The notes: a model not told the origin generated them from the letters alone. A DNA stretch of 64,000 nt from an uncultured Sphingomonadales bacterium (GCA_964484045.1 CAZAEP010000001.1:11634-75633); one strand, 5' to 3'. Positions 44,010 through 56,943 are shown, counted from the first letter of the stretch. Numbers and translations are program-made.

Positions 44010-44044
44010 TGTACCAGGATGTCCAGTCTGGACCATATGGTACA
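44010..44044. promoter_or_regulatory. Nested palindrome, candidate TetR operator
   Basis: Outer arms are TGTACCA (44010..44016) and TGGTACA (44038..44044). The inner palindrome is GTCCAG-T-CTGGAC (44021..44033), plus ACCATATGGT (44032..44041). It lies 18-52 nt upstream of the TetR start. Confidence 0.4.
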
Positions 44045-44077
44045 ATGCCGCGCCGCGCAAGCCCGCTCCCGCAGCGC

Positions 44078-46345
<2,268 letters not shown>

Positions 46346-46471
46346 GGATCCCGCTCTCCCCTTTTCAGGCCGCCGTCGTGGTGACAGACCGCCGCGCGCC
46401 GGCTAGAACCACCTCTGGGTCAGATGCCGTTTTTGTTAGCACCAGGAAACCCGTTTCGAGAAATTCCTTTC

Positions 46472-49186
46472 ATGAACAAGAGCACGAGCGCGCCGAATTC
46501 CGAAGCCAAATCCGCGTCTGCGAGCGCCGCCGCCGGCTCGGCGACGCCGATGATGGCGCAGTATCTCGAGATAAAAAAGGATTATCCCGACTGCCTCCTG
46601 TTCTATCGCATGGGCGATTTCTACGAGCTGTTCTTCGAGGACGCGGCGAAGGCGGCGGCGACGCTCGACATCGCGCTCACCAGGCGCGGCAAGCATCTCG
46701 GCGCCGACATCCCGATGGCCGGGGTGCCGATCCACGCCGCGGAAGCCTATCTCGCGCGACTCATCCGGGCCGGCCACAAGGTTGCCGTCTGCGAGCAGGT
46801 CGAGGACCCGGCGGCGGCGCGCAAGCGTGGCGCGAAGGCGGTCGTGCGACGCGAGGTGGTGCGCGTCGTCACCCCGGGCACGCTCACCGAGGAGGCGCTG
46901 CTCGATGCCCGGCGCAACAATCATCTCGCGGCGCTCGCACGCGCCGGCGCCGATTGGGCGATCGCCTGGACCGACATCTCGACCGGCAGCCTTGCCGGCA
47001 TGACCATCGACCGCGCGCGCCTTGCCGCCGATCTGGCCCGGCTGGCGCCGGGCGAGATGCTGATCGCCCGCTCCCTCGGCGACGATCCCGCCCTCGCCGA
47101 GGCCGTCCAGGAGGTCGGCACGCGCCTGAGCGTGCGCGACGACCGCCTCTTCGACAGCCTCGCCGGCGAGCGTCGGCTCAAGAAGCTGTTCGGAGTGCGC
47201 ACGCTCGACGCCTTCGGCGCCTTCGGACGCGCCGAGCTGGCCGCCTTCGCGGCGCTTCTCGACTATCTCGACGAGACGCAGAAGGGGCGCCTGCCGCCGC
47301 TGCTGCCGCCCGCGCATGTCGAGCCGAGCGCCGTCATGCAGATCGACGCGGCGACGCGGCGCAATCTCGAACTCACCCGGACGCTGTCGGGCGAGCGCAA
47401 GGGCAGCTTTCTGGCCACCGTCGACGCCTGCGTCACGGGGGCCGGCGCGCGCCTTCTCGCCGCCCGCATCGGCGCCCCCTCGACCGAGGTCGCGGTCATC
47501 CGCGAACGCCTCGATTCGGTGGCGCATTTCGTCGCCGAACCGGCCCTGCGCGAGAGCGTGCGCCGGCTGCTCAAGCGTTGTCCCGACCTCGAACGGGCGC
47601 TCGCCCGGCTGGGGGTCGGCCGCGCCGGTCCGCGCGATCTGGCGGCGGTGCGCGACGCCCTGCGCGTCGCCGCCGATCTTCATGCGCGTCTCGGCGAGGG
47701 CCCGAGTCTCGCCGGCCTGCCGCCGGAACTGGCGCGTGCCGGCGAGGCGCTCGCGGGACAGCACGACCTGCGCGCCACGCTCGACGCGGCCCTCGTCGCC
47801 GAGCCGCCGATTCTCGCCCGCGATGGCGGCTTCATCGCCGGCGGATACGACCCGGCACTGGACGAATGCCGCCAGTTGCGCGACGAGAGCCGACGGCTCA
47901 TCGCCGCGCTCGAAGGGCGCTATCGCGAGGAAACCGGCATCGCGGCGCTCAGGATCAAGCACAACAATGTGCTCGGCTATCATATCGACGTCAGCGCCAA
48001 GGCCGCCGAGGCCCTCATGCGGCCGCCGCTCAACGCGCGCTTCATCCACCGGCAGACGCTGGCCAGCGCGGTCCGTTTCTCGACCACCGAGCTGGCCGAG
48101 CTCGCCGCCCGGATCGGCACCGCCGCCGATCGCGCCCTGGCGCAGGAACAGGCGATCTTCGAGCGCCTCTGCCGCCGCGTCGGGGAGGCCTGGGCATCGC
48201 TGCGCAAAATGGCGGACGCGCTCGCCGTCTTCGATCTCTCGGCGGCGCTCGCCGAACGCGCGGTGCGCGCCCGCTGGTCGCGGCCCGACATCACCGACGG
48301 CACGGACTTCCGGATCGTCAAGGGGCGCCACCCGGTGGTCGAAGCGGCCCTGGCGGCCGCCGGCGAAGGCCCGTTCGTCGCCAATGACTGCGATCTCGGC
48401 GCGGATACGCGCCTGTGGCTTCTCACCGGCCCCAACATGGCCGGCAAGTCGACCTTCCTGCGGCAGAACGCGCTCATCGCCATTCTCGCGCAGGCGGGCT
48501 CCTTCGTTCCCGCCGAGGCGGCCGAGATCGGCATCGTCGACCGCCTCTTCTGCCGTGTCGGCGCCGCCGACGATCTCGCCCGCGGCCGCTCCACCTTCAT
48601 GGTCGAAATGGTCGAGACCGCAGCCATCCTCAATCAGGCGCGCGACCGCTCGCTCGTCATTCTCGACGAGATCGGCCGCGGCACGGCGACCTATGACGGG
48701 CTCGCGATCGCCTGGGCGACGGTCGAGCATCTGCACGAGGTGAACCGCGCGCGGGTTCTCTTCGCCACCCATTATCACGAGCTCGCGGCGCTCAGGGAGA
48801 CGCTTCCCGCGCTTGCCCTGCGCACCATGCGGGTCCGGGAATGGCAGGGCGAGGTGGTGTTCCTGCACGAGGTCGCCGCCGGCGCCGCGGACCGTTCCTA
48901 CGGCATTCAGGTGGCCCGGCTCGCCGGCCTGCCGGCGGCGGTGATCGCGCGGGCGCAGCAGGTTCTCGACGAACTCGAAGCGGGCGGACGGAACGAGCGG
49001 GCGAGCGCCCTGCTCGGCGACCTGCCGCTCTTCCGGACCGCCGTCGCGGCGCCGGCGGCGGCCGCGCCGTCGCCCGCCGATGCCGTGATCGCGGCTCTTG
49101 ACGACATCCACCCCGACCTGCTCAGCCCGCGCGAGGCGCTCGACCTTCTCTATCGCCTGAAAGCCCTGCGCGAGGACGGCGCATAG
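46472..49186 (+). CDS. mutS: DNA mismatch repair protein MutS
   Basis: Motifs are [11 protein letters not shown], the Walker [10 protein letters not shown], and [12 protein letters not shown]. The start is ATG 46472 or 46424. Confidence 0.95.
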   Translation: MNKSTSAPNSEAKSASASAAAGSATPMMAQYLEIKKDYPDCLLFYRMGDFYELFFEDAAKAAATLDIALTRRGKHLGADIPMAGVPIHAAEAYLARLIRAGHKVAVCEQVEDPAAARKRGAKAVVRREVVRVVTPGTLTEEALLDARRNNHLAALARAGADWAIAWTDISTGSLAGMTIDRARLAADLARLAPGEMLIARSLGDDPALAEAVQEVGTRLSVRDDRLFDSLAGERRLKKLFGVRTLDAFGAFGRAELAAFAALLDYLDETQKGRLPPLLPPAHVEPSAVMQIDAATRRNLELTRTLSGERKGSFLATVDACVTGAGARLLAARIGAPSTEVAVIRERLDSVAHFVAEPALRESVRRLLKRCPDLERALARLGVGRAGPRDLAAVRDALRVAADLHARLGEGPSLAGLPPELARAGEALAGQHDLRATLDAALVAEPPILARDGGFIAGGYDPALDECRQLRDESRRLIAALEGRYREETGIAALRIKHNNVLGYHIDVSAKAAEALMRPPLNARFIHRQTLASAVRFSTTELAELAARIGTAADRALAQEQAIFERLCRRVGEAWASLRKMADALAVFDLSAALAERAVRARWSRPDITDGTDFRIVKGRHPVVEAALAAAGEGPFVANDCDLGADTRLWLLTGPNMAGKSTFLRQNALIAILAQAGSFVPAEAAEIGIVDRLFCRVGAADDLARGRSTFMVEMVETAAILNQARDRSLVILDEIGRGTATYDGLAIAWATVEHLHEVNRARVLFATHYHELAALRETLPALALRTMRVREWQGEVVFLHEVAAGAADRSYGIQVARLAGLPAAVIARAQQVLDELEAGGRNERASALLGDLPLFRTAVAAPAAAAPSPADAVIAALDDIHPDLLSPREALDLLYRLKALREDGA

Positions 49187-49218
49187 AGCCTGTCCCTCCG
49201 GCATGCTACAAGGCCCCC

Positions 49219-52014
49219 ATGGTCGCGATTCCCCATAAGCGCCGGATCATCGACGTCCGCAGCTTCGCCGCCGCCCTCGAGGAGGCGGCCGCCGGCGCGC
49301 CCCATGCCCGGGCCCGCCGGCAAGCGATCCTCAAGGTCGCGAAGGAGACCTATGCCCGCGGCTTCGCCGAGATCCGCCGCCGCCACGAGGAGGAGGGCGC
49401 GAGCGGTCGTCGCACCGCACAGGAACTCAGCTATCTCGCCGACCGGCTGATCGAGGGGCTCTATGGCATCGCCACGCGGCGGCTTTACCGTCGCTCCAAC
49501 CCGACCGATGCCGAACGGCTCCTGATCGCGGCGACGGGCGGCTACGGGCGCGGCGAACTCGCGCCCTACTCCGATCTCGACCTGCTCTTCGTCTATCCCT
49601 TCAAGCCCTCCTCCTGGCACGAGAACGTCATCGAGTTCCTGCTCTACACATTGTGGGATGTCGGCCTCAAGGTCGGGCACGCCGTGCGCTCGCCGCGCGA
49701 ATGCATCCGCCTTGCGAAGAAGGATCTGACGATCCGCACGGCGCTTCTGGAGATGCGTCGCCTCGCCGGCGATGGCGGACTCTTCGCCGAGGTCGCCGAG
49801 CGCTTCCGGGCGGAGGTGGTCTCGGGCAGCGGCCGCGCCTTCGTCGAGGCAAAGCTCGCCGAGCGCGACGCGCGGCATGCCCGCATGGGCGACAGCCGCT
49901 ATGTCGTCGAGCCGAATCTGAAGGAGGGCAAGGGCGGCCTGCGCGATCTGCAGACGCTGTTCTGGATCACCGCCTATCTCTATGGCGCGCATCACGCCCG
50001 CGACCTGCTCGCCGAAGGGTTGCTCGAGCCGGAGGAGGTGAAGACCTTCCGCAAGGCGGAGAAATTTCTCTGGACCGTCCGGGTGGCGCTGCATTTTCTC
50101 GCCGGTCGGGCCGAGGAGCGGCTGACCTTCGACCGTCAGCCGGAACTCGCCCGGCGCCTCGGCTATCGCGATCATCCCGGGCTTTCCGGGGTCGAGCGCT
50201 TCATGAAGCACTATTTCCTCGTCGCCAAGGAGGTCGGCGACCTTACCCGCGTCATCTGCGCGGCGCTCGAGGCGCGGCATCAGAAGCGGCCGCTCTTCTC
50301 CTTCCGTCGCCTCGCCCCGCGACGCTCGATCAAGGGGTTCCGGCGCGACGGCGACCGCCTGACGGTCGCCCGCGACACGGTCTTCGTCAAGGACCCGCGC
50401 AAGATGATCACCATCTTCACCGTGGCGCATGAGACCGGCCTCGACATCCATCCCGACGCGCTGCGCCATATCGGGCGGCATCTTGGTCTCATCGACCGCA
50501 AGCTGCGGGCCGACCCGGACGCGAACCGCGCCTTTCTCTCGGTGCTGACCTCGAAGGACCATCCCGAGATCGCGCTCCGGCGGATGAACGAGGCCGGCGT
50601 TCTGGGCCGCTTCGTGCCCGACTTCGGCCGCATCGTGGCGCAGATGCAGTACGACATGTACCATCATTTCACGGTCGACGAGCACACCATCCGGGCGATC
50701 GGGCTGCTGGCCGCCATCGAGCGCGGCGAGCTCGCCGAAGACCATCCGCTGTCCACCGAGGTGATCCACAAGCTGGTGTCGCGCCGGGCGCTCTATCTCG
50801 CCCTCTTCCTGCACGACATCGCCAAGGGCCGCGGCGGCGACCATTCCGAGATCGGCGAGCGGATCGCGCGCGCGCTCTGCCCGCGGCTCGGACTGACGCC
50901 CGCCGAGACCGACCTCGTCGCCTGGCTCGTGCGGCGGCATCTCCTGATGAGCCGCTACGCCTTCAAGCGCGACGTCTCGGACCGCAAGACGATCCTCGAT
51001 TTCTGCGAGCAGGTGAAAAGCCCCGAGCGGCTGAAGCTGCTCGTCATCCTCACCGTCGCCGACATCCGCGCCGTCGGCCCGGGCGCCTGGAACGGCTGGA
51101 AAGGCCAGCTTCTGCGCGATCTCTACGAGCAGGCGGAAGAGGTGCTCATCGCCGGACACGCGGCCAGCGGTCGCGTCGAGCGGGTGGCGGCGAAAAAGGC
51201 GGCGCTCGGGGCCCGCCTTGGCGACTGGCCGGCGGCCGCCATCGACAGCCATCTCGGGCGCTTTCTCGATTCCTACTGGATCGCCGAGGATATCGAGACG
51301 CTGGAACGCGACGCGCGGCTCATGCGCCGCACCGACGAGAGCGGCGAGAAGGCCGGCATCACCATGGCGGTCAAACGCTTCCAGGCGATGACCGAGCTCG
51401 CCATCTACACCCGTGATCGCCGTGGCCTCTTCGCCCGCCTCGCGGGGGCGCTCGCCGCCGCCGGCGCCAATATCGTCGATGCCAAGATCCACACCACGAG
51501 GGACGGCATGGCCCTCGACAATTTCCGCGTCCAGTCGGCCGACGGCCGGGCCATTGCCGGCCGCGACAGGCTCCGGGCGCTCGAGACCGCGCTCGAGGCC
51601 GCGATCGGCGGCAAGTCCCTGCCGGTCGAGCGCTTGCGCGAGACCGTGCGCGGCTACCGGCCGCGCAGCGCCGTCTTCAAGGTCGAGCCGATGGTGCTGA
51701 TCGACAATCGCGCCAGCAACCGTGCCACCGTCATCGAGGTCAATGCCCGCGACCGTCCCGGCCTGCTCTACGATCTGACGCAGGCGCTCGCGCATCTGCG
51801 GCTGTCGGTCTTTTCGGCGCATGTCGCGACCTATGGCGAACGCGCCGTCGATGTGTTCTATGTCCAGAACCTCGAAGGAGAAAAGATCACCGGGGAGCGC
51901 CGCCTTGCACATATCGAGACGATCCTTCTCGCCGCCGCCCGCGGCGAGGTGCCGGCCGCCCACAAGGGCAAGGAACAGACCGCGCCGCGCCGCGCCGCCG
52001 AGCGGACCGGCTGA
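49219..52014 (+). CDS. glnD: Bifunctional [protein-PII] uridylyltransferase/uridylyl-removing enzyme
   Basis: It is 931 aa. The nucleotidyltransferase motif is GGYGRGELAPYSDLDLLF. An HD domain is present (HHFTVDEH...LFLHDIAKG), with two C-terminal ACT-like repeats. Confidence 0.9.
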   Translation: MVAIPHKRRIIDVRSFAAALEEAAAGAPHARARRQAILKVAKETYARGFAEIRRRHEEEGASGRRTAQELSYLADRLIEGLYGIATRRLYRRSNPTDAERLLIAATGGYGRGELAPYSDLDLLFVYPFKPSSWHENVIEFLLYTLWDVGLKVGHAVRSPRECIRLAKKDLTIRTALLEMRRLAGDGGLFAEVAERFRAEVVSGSGRAFVEAKLAERDARHARMGDSRYVVEPNLKEGKGGLRDLQTLFWITAYLYGAHHARDLLAEGLLEPEEVKTFRKAEKFLWTVRVALHFLAGRAEERLTFDRQPELARRLGYRDHPGLSGVERFMKHYFLVAKEVGDLTRVICAALEARHQKRPLFSFRRLAPRRSIKGFRRDGDRLTVARDTVFVKDPRKMITIFTVAHETGLDIHPDALRHIGRHLGLIDRKLRADPDANRAFLSVLTSKDHPEIALRRMNEAGVLGRFVPDFGRIVAQMQYDMYHHFTVDEHTIRAIGLLAAIERGELAEDHPLSTEVIHKLVSRRALYLALFLHDIAKGRGGDHSEIGERIARALCPRLGLTPAETDLVAWLVRRHLLMSRYAFKRDVSDRKTILDFCEQVKSPERLKLLVILTVADIRAVGPGAWNGWKGQLLRDLYEQAEEVLIAGHAASGRVERVAAKKAALGARLGDWPAAAIDSHLGRFLDSYWIAEDIETLERDARLMRRTDESGEKAGITMAVKRFQAMTELAIYTRDRRGLFARLAGALAAAGANIVDAKIHTTRDGMALDNFRVQSADGRAIAGRDRLRALETALEAAIGGKSLPVERLRETVRGYRPRSAVFKVEPMVLIDNRASNRATVIEVNARDRPGLLYDLTQALAHLRLSVFSAHVATYGERAVDVFYVQNLEGEKITGERRLAHIETILLAAARGEVPAAHKGKEQTAPRRAAERTG

Positions 52015-52062
52015 AATGCCGCGCGGCCTGCGACGACGCCGGCGGCGGGAACGGGTCTGAAC

Positions 52063-53613
52063 ATGCTGCGCGCCTTCGCAACCGTCGGCTCGCTGACGCT
52101 GCTGAGCCGTCTTCTCGGTTTCGTGCGCGATGTCCTGATCGCGCGTTATCTCGGGGCCGGGCTGGCGGCGGACTGTTTCTTCGTCGCTTTCAAGCTGCCG
52201 AACTTCTTCCGCCGGCTTTTCGCCGAGGGGGCCTTCTCGGCCGCCTTCGTGCCCCTTTTCGCCAGAGCGCTCGGGCGCGAGGCCACGGCCGCGGGCCGGC
52301 TCCGTGCACGGGCCTTCGCCGAAGACGCCCTGGCGTCGCTGCTTTTCGTGTTGCTTCTCTTCACCGCCCTCGCCGAAACCGCCATGCCCTGGATCATGGT
52401 CGTGCTGGCGCCGGGCTTTCTCGACGAGCCGGAGAAATTCGCGCTCGCCGTCGATCTGACGCGGCTCACCTTCCCCTATCTGCTCCTGATCTCGCTGGTT
52501 GCGCTCTTTTCGGGCATCCTCAATGCGCTGGGCCGCTTCGCCGCCGCCGCCGCGGCGCCGATTCTGCTCAACCTGGTGCTGATCGCCGCCCTGCTCGGCT
52601 TCCACGACAGCGCGACGCTCACCGCCCATGCGCTGGCGATCGGCGTCTCGATCGCCGGCATCGTGCAGTTCCTGTGGCTGGTCCATGCGGCACGGCGTGC
52701 GGGCTTCGCCCTGCGCCTGCCGCGACCGCGGCTGACGCCCGGCGTCAGGCGGCTTCTCCGGGTCATGCTGCCGGTCGCCATCGGCGCCGGCGTGATGCAG
52801 GTCAATCTCGTCTTCGACGTGGTCCTCGCCTCCTTCCTTCCCCAAGGCTCGCTGTCCTATCTCTTCTATGCCGACCGGCTCAATCAGCTCCCGCTCGGGG
52901 TCATCGGCATCGCCGTCGGCACGGTTCTCCTGCCGCGTCTGTCGCGCGCGCTCGCCGGCGGCCGGGGCGACGAGGCGCAGCACAATCACAACCGCGCCAT
53001 CGAATTCGCGCTTCTGCTCACCTTGCCCGCCGCGACGGCGCTCGCGATCATTCCCGCGCCGCTCATCCGGGCGCTGTTCGAGCATGGGGCCTTTTCGGCC
53101 GACGCCACGCGGCTCACTGCGCATGCCCTCACCGCCTTCGCCCTCGGCCTGCCCGCCTTCGTCCTCGTCAAGGTCCTGGTTCCGGGCTTTTTCGCCCGCG
53201 AGGACACGAGGACGCCGGTCGCCTTCGGACTCATCGCCATGGCCGCGAACGTCGTTCTCAGCCTGGCGCTGATCTGGTCGCTGGCGCATGTCGGCCTCGC
53301 CCTGGCGACGACGCTCGCGGCCTGGCTCAATGTCGCGCTTCTGGGCACGCGCCTCGTTCGCCGGCAGGCGCTCGTGCTCGATCGCCGGCTCGGATCGCGG
53401 CTCGTGCGGATGCTTGCCGCGAGCGCCGGAATGGGGGGCCTGCTGTGGGTCGTCAATGGCGCGCTGATGCCCGCGGGGACGCTCACGAGCGCGACGGCGA
53501 TCGCCGTCGCGGCGGCGCTGGTCGCGCTCGGGCTCGCAAGCTATGCTGCGCTCGCCCTCCTTTTCGGCGCGGTCCGCCCGGAAGACCTCCGCGACGCCCT
53601 CGCGCGGCCTTGA
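52063..53613 (+). CDS. murJ: Lipid II flippase MurJ
   Basis: It is 516 aa and polytopic. The canonical N-terminus is MLRAFATVGSLTLLSRLLGFVRDVLIARYLGAG. Confidence 0.9.
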   Translation: MLRAFATVGSLTLLSRLLGFVRDVLIARYLGAGLAADCFFVAFKLPNFFRRLFAEGAFSAAFVPLFARALGREATAAGRLRARAFAEDALASLLFVLLLFTALAETAMPWIMVVLAPGFLDEPEKFALAVDLTRLTFPYLLLISLVALFSGILNALGRFAAAAAAPILLNLVLIAALLGFHDSATLTAHALAIGVSIAGIVQFLWLVHAARRAGFALRLPRPRLTPGVRRLLRVMLPVAIGAGVMQVNLVFDVVLASFLPQGSLSYLFYADRLNQLPLGVIGIAVGTVLLPRLSRALAGGRGDEAQHNHNRAIEFALLLTLPAATALAIIPAPLIRALFEHGAFSADATRLTAHALTAFALGLPAFVLVKVLVPGFFAREDTRTPVAFGLIAMAANVVLSLALIWSLAHVGLALATTLAAWLNVALLGTRLVRRQALVLDRRLGSRLVRMLAASAGMGGLLWVVNGALMPAGTLTSATAIAVAAALVALGLASYAALALLFGAVRPEDLRDALARP

Positions 53614-53680
53614 CCGGTCACGGCCGCCATTGCCATAAACGCCCGGCATCTGTGCACCAGCCGAGGGAAGGCCCCGCCCG

Positions 53681-54718
53681 ATGAGCCCGTCCGTACCGAT
53701 CCCGTCAAAGCGCGTCTTTTCCGGCGCCCAGCCGACCGGCGCCATGCATCTGGGAAATTATCTCGGCGCCTTCCGCAACTGGGTGCGGCTGCAGCAGTCC
53801 TACGAGTGCCTCTATTGCGTCGTCGACCTCCACGCCATCACCATATGGCAGGACCCGAAGACGCTCGCCGCCCAGACCCGCCGCGCGGCCGCCGCCTTCA
53901 TCGCCAGCGGGGTCGACCCGAAACGCTCGATCCTGTTCAACCAGAGCCGGGTCAGCGCCCATGCCGAGCTGGCCTGGGTGTTCAACTGCGTCGCCCGTAT
54001 CGGCTGGCTCAACCGCATGACGCAGTTCAAGGACAAGGCGGGCCGGAATCGCGAGCGCGCCAGCGTCGGGCTCTATATCTATCCCACGCTGATGGCCGCC
54101 GACATCCTCGCCTACAAGGCGACGCACGTGCCGGTGGGCGAGGACCAGAAGCAGCATCTCGAGCTTACCCGCGACATCGCCGCGCGCTTCAATGCCGATT
54201 TCGGCCGCGAGGTCTTCCCCCTCGTCGAGCCGGTGATCTTCGAGGCCGGGGCGCGGGTGATGTCGCTCAGGGACGGCACGAAGAAGATGTCGAAGTCCGA
54301 TCCCTCGGACGCCTCGCGCATCAATCTCACCGACGATGCCGACACCATCGCGCGCAAGATCCGCCGTGCGAAGACCGATCCCCATCCCCTGCCGGCGACG
54401 GCGCAAGAGCTCGAGGGCCGGCCCGAGGCCGCCAATCTCGTCGGCATCTATGCGGCGCTCGCCGACAGGCCGGTGGACGCCGTGCTCTGCGAATTCGCCG
54501 GCAAGGGCTTCGCCGAATTCAAGGGCGCGCTCGCCGAGCTTGCGGTGGCGACGCTCGGCCCCATCACCGAGGAGATGCTGCGGCTCGAGCGCGACCCGGC
54601 GGTGATCGACCGCATTCTCGCCGACGGCGCCGAGCGCGCCGCCGCGATGGCGGCCCCGGTGCTGGCCGAGGTCAAGGAGACGGTCGGCTTTCTCGATCCG
54701 CATCACCGCCGGGGGTGA
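53681..54718 (+). CDS. trpS: Tryptophan--tRNA ligase
   Basis: Class I motifs are [16 protein letters not shown] (HIGH-type) and KMSKS. Confidence 0.95.
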   Translation: MSPSVPIPSKRVFSGAQPTGAMHLGNYLGAFRNWVRLQQSYECLYCVVDLHAITIWQDPKTLAAQTRRAAAAFIASGVDPKRSILFNQSRVSAHAELAWVFNCVARIGWLNRMTQFKDKAGRNRERASVGLYIYPTLMAADILAYKATHVPVGEDQKQHLELTRDIAARFNADFGREVFPLVEPVIFEAGARVMSLRDGTKKMSKSDPSDASRINLTDDADTIARKIRRAKTDPHPLPATAQELEGRPEAANLVGIYAALADRPVDAVLCEFAGKGFAEFKGALAELAVATLGPITEEMLRLERDPAVIDRILADGAERAAAMAAPVLAEVKETVGFLDPHHRRG

Positions 54719-54827
54719 GGGGGGCGCCATGGCGGCCATGACGTCTTGACGCAGGGCCTTGCAAGCGGCGCATCCGATCCACATTTATGGCCCAAGTCCA
54801 TGGTCCATAACGGAAAGGAGGTGCCGG

Positions 54828-55448
54828 ATGCGCTTGAAGACCCTGCTCATTGCTGGCCTCGTCCTGCTCCTGGGGGCGTGCGCAGCCAAGGTCGAAACGT
54901 CGGTCACGCGATTTCACGACGGTTTCAACTTTGCCGGACAAGGATTCCATGTGGTTCCCAAGGACCCCGCCAAACAGGGCCCCGAGTTCCAGCAATATGC
55001 CGGCCTGATCACCGACGCCATGGCGGGCTACGGCTTCAAGCCGGTGTCGCCGGACAAGGCGGACCTCAAGGTCGTGGTCGATTACGGGGTCTCGGAAGGT
55101 CGGGTCAAGATCGAGACCACGCCGGGCTATGTGTATCCGGCCTACAGCTACCATCTCGGTTTCTACCACCCCTTCTATTACGGGTATTACGACCCCTTCT
55201 ATTATGACGGCTTTCTCGGCCCCGAGATCCGCTCGAAGACCGTCTATACGCGCAAGCTGAGTCTCAGGATCGAGAACACGAAGACGGGAAAGACGGTTTT
55301 CGAGGGGCGCGCGGTCAGCGAAGGACCGACCGGAGAGATCTCCCTCATCATGCCCTATCTCGTCGAGTCGATGTTCCGCAACTTCCCCGGCGAGAGCGGC
55401 GCGACGAAGGTGGTGCAGATCAAGACCAAGGACGGCCATCTCTACTGA
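54828..55448 (+). CDS. Lipoprotein (DUF4136-like) with Tyr-rich core
   Basis: AAAGGAGG lies 6 nt upstream of ATG 54828. The lipobox is LLLGAC. It is a paralogue of the next gene, sharing FEGRAVSE...MPYLV...F.NFPGESG. Confidence 0.75.
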   Translation: MRLKTLLIAGLVLLLGACAAKVETSVTRFHDGFNFAGQGFHVVPKDPAKQGPEFQQYAGLITDAMAGYGFKPVSPDKADLKVVVDYGVSEGRVKIETTPGYVYPAYSYHLGFYHPFYYGYYDPFYYDGFLGPEIRSKTVYTRKLSLRIENTKTGKTVFEGRAVSEGPTGEISLIMPYLVESMFRNFPGESGATKVVQIKTKDGHLY

Positions 55449-55470
55449 GCCGCAGGATCGCCGTCGAGCG

Positions 55471-55510
55471 CCGGCGGGCGTCGGCGGGCGCCGGCGGGCG
55501 CCGGCGGGCG
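55471..55510. repeat. Four tandem copies of a 10-bp unit (YCGGCGGGCG)
   Basis: The sequence reads CCGGCGGGCG TCGGCGGGCG CCGGCGGGCG CCGGCGGGCG, read directly in the gap between the two lipoprotein genes. Degenerate copies flank it. Confidence 0.9.
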
Positions 55511-55606
55511 TCGCCCCCCGGTGGTTCATCGCCGGTTCAGGCTTGCCCGTCACAATGACTCCGCGCAAGATGGGCGTGTTGCGACGTCTTTGAAGAGGAG
55601 TCCGCC

Positions 55607-56254
55607 ATGCATGTGCGCTTGATCGCGGTCCTGGCCGTGGCGCTGTTCGGCTTGGCCGGCTGTGCCAGAACCTTCGAGGCGGATGTCTCGCGCTTCCACC
55701 GGCTCGCGGCGCCGGACTCGGAGACGATCCGGATCGTTCCCGCCGATCCCGCGAAAGTGGGCAGCCTCGAGTTCGAACAATATGCCGGGCTCGTGCGCGC
55801 GCAATTGATCGACGCCGGCTATCGGCCGGTGGCGGACGACCCCGATATTCTGGCCAAGCTCGACTGGAGCGTATCGGAAGGGCGCGAGAAGATCCGCTCC
55901 TATCCCGGCTATTACGACTATTACCCCTATTTCGGCTTCGACCATTATGGGGGCTTCGGCCACTATGGCTTCGGCGGCTTCTATCCCCATTACGGCTACG
56001 GCGGTTATGCCGGCTACGGCGGCGGCGGTGTCTACTCGACCACCGTGCACAGCGTCACGCTCACCCTGCGACTGGAACGCCCGACGGGCGAGATCCTGTT
56101 CGAGGGCCGCGCCGTCAGCGAGATCGGCAAGCCCGACCTGCCGGCGGTGATGCCCTATCTGGTGCAGGCGCTTTTCACCGACTTTCCGGGTGAAAGCGGG
56201 CGTACGCAGACGGTCGAGCTGAAACTGCCCGATGAGGACGATGTCGGCTATTGA
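55607..56254 (+). CDS. Lipoprotein (DUF4136-like) with Tyr/Gly-rich core
   Basis: AGAGGAG lies upstream of ATG 55607. The lipobox is GLAGC. The central segment is YPGYYDYYPYFGFDHYGGFGHYGFGGFYPHYGYGGYAGYGGGGVY. Confidence 0.75.
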   Translation: MHVRLIAVLAVALFGLAGCARTFEADVSRFHRLAAPDSETIRIVPADPAKVGSLEFEQYAGLVRAQLIDAGYRPVADDPDILAKLDWSVSEGREKIRSYPGYYDYYPYFGFDHYGGFGHYGFGGFYPHYGYGGYAGYGGGGVYSTTVHSVTLTLRLERPTGEILFEGRAVSEIGKPDLPAVMPYLVQALFTDFPGESGRTQTVELKLPDEDDVGY

Positions 56255-56327
56255 GCCGCGCGCGCGGCGGCGGCTCCGCGAAATTTGAGACTTGCGCCGC
56301 GGCCGTCCCGCTGCAACATTTTCGCTC

Positions 56328-56843
56328 ATGAGCGGGGAGACCGATACCGGGGTCGCGCCGAGGCTCGGACCGAGCCTCGAGCGACCGCGCAATTTTCTCG
56401 TCGTTGTCGACGATTCGGAGGAGGCGAAGCTCGCGATCCGTTTCGCCGCGGGGCGGGCCGCCCATATCGAGGGCGGCGGCATCATCCTTTTTCGCGCCAT
56501 CACGCCGGTCGACTTCCAGCACTGGATGGCGGTGGCCGACCGCATGCGCGAGGAGGCCCATGCCAAGGCCCGGGCGCTGCTCGAGGATCTGGCGGCCAGG
56601 GTCTTCGCCTATGCCGGGGTGAAGCCCGAGATCGTCATTCGCGACGGCAATCCGAAGGAGGCGCTCGTCGCGTTCATCAAGGAGCGCGAAGACCTGTTCG
56701 CCCTCGTTCTCGCCTCGAGTCCGGCCGGCGATCCCGGGCCCCTCGTCGACTATTTTTCCGGACCGCTGGTGGCGAGCCTGCCCTGCCCGCTGGTCATCAT
56801 CCCGGGGACGCTCACCCCGGAGGACATCGACCGCCTGGTGTAG
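56328..56843 (+). CDS. Universal stress protein (UspA family)
   Basis: It has the NFLVVVDDSEEAKLAIRFAA start typical of the Usp alpha/beta fold and the C-terminal motif PCPLVIIPG. Confidence 0.8.
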   Translation: MSGETDTGVAPRLGPSLERPRNFLVVVDDSEEAKLAIRFAAGRAAHIEGGGIILFRAITPVDFQHWMAVADRMREEAHAKARALLEDLAARVFAYAGVKPEIVIRDGNPKEALVAFIKEREDLFALVLASSPAGDPGPLVDYFSGPLVASLPCPLVIIPGTLTPEDIDRLV

Positions 56844-56943
56844 TCCCCCCGCCTCCGAATTCGTACCGTTTCTCTCTGATTTGGCTTGACGATGCCGCAT
56901 GCGGACGCCACATAAGCGCTCGAGCGAGAAGGAGTGCCTGCGG

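Noticed and set aside
49150-53745. 1531-aa minus-strand ORF
   Set aside because: It spans two unrelated, well-supported plus-strand genes (glnD and murJ) and the gap between them. Its composition is Arg/Gly/Glu/Asp-rich. It is an antisense artefact.
55461-55520. CRISPR-like array
   Set aside because: The units are 10 bp, directly abutting with no spacers, and there are no cas genes. It is a simple tandem repeat.
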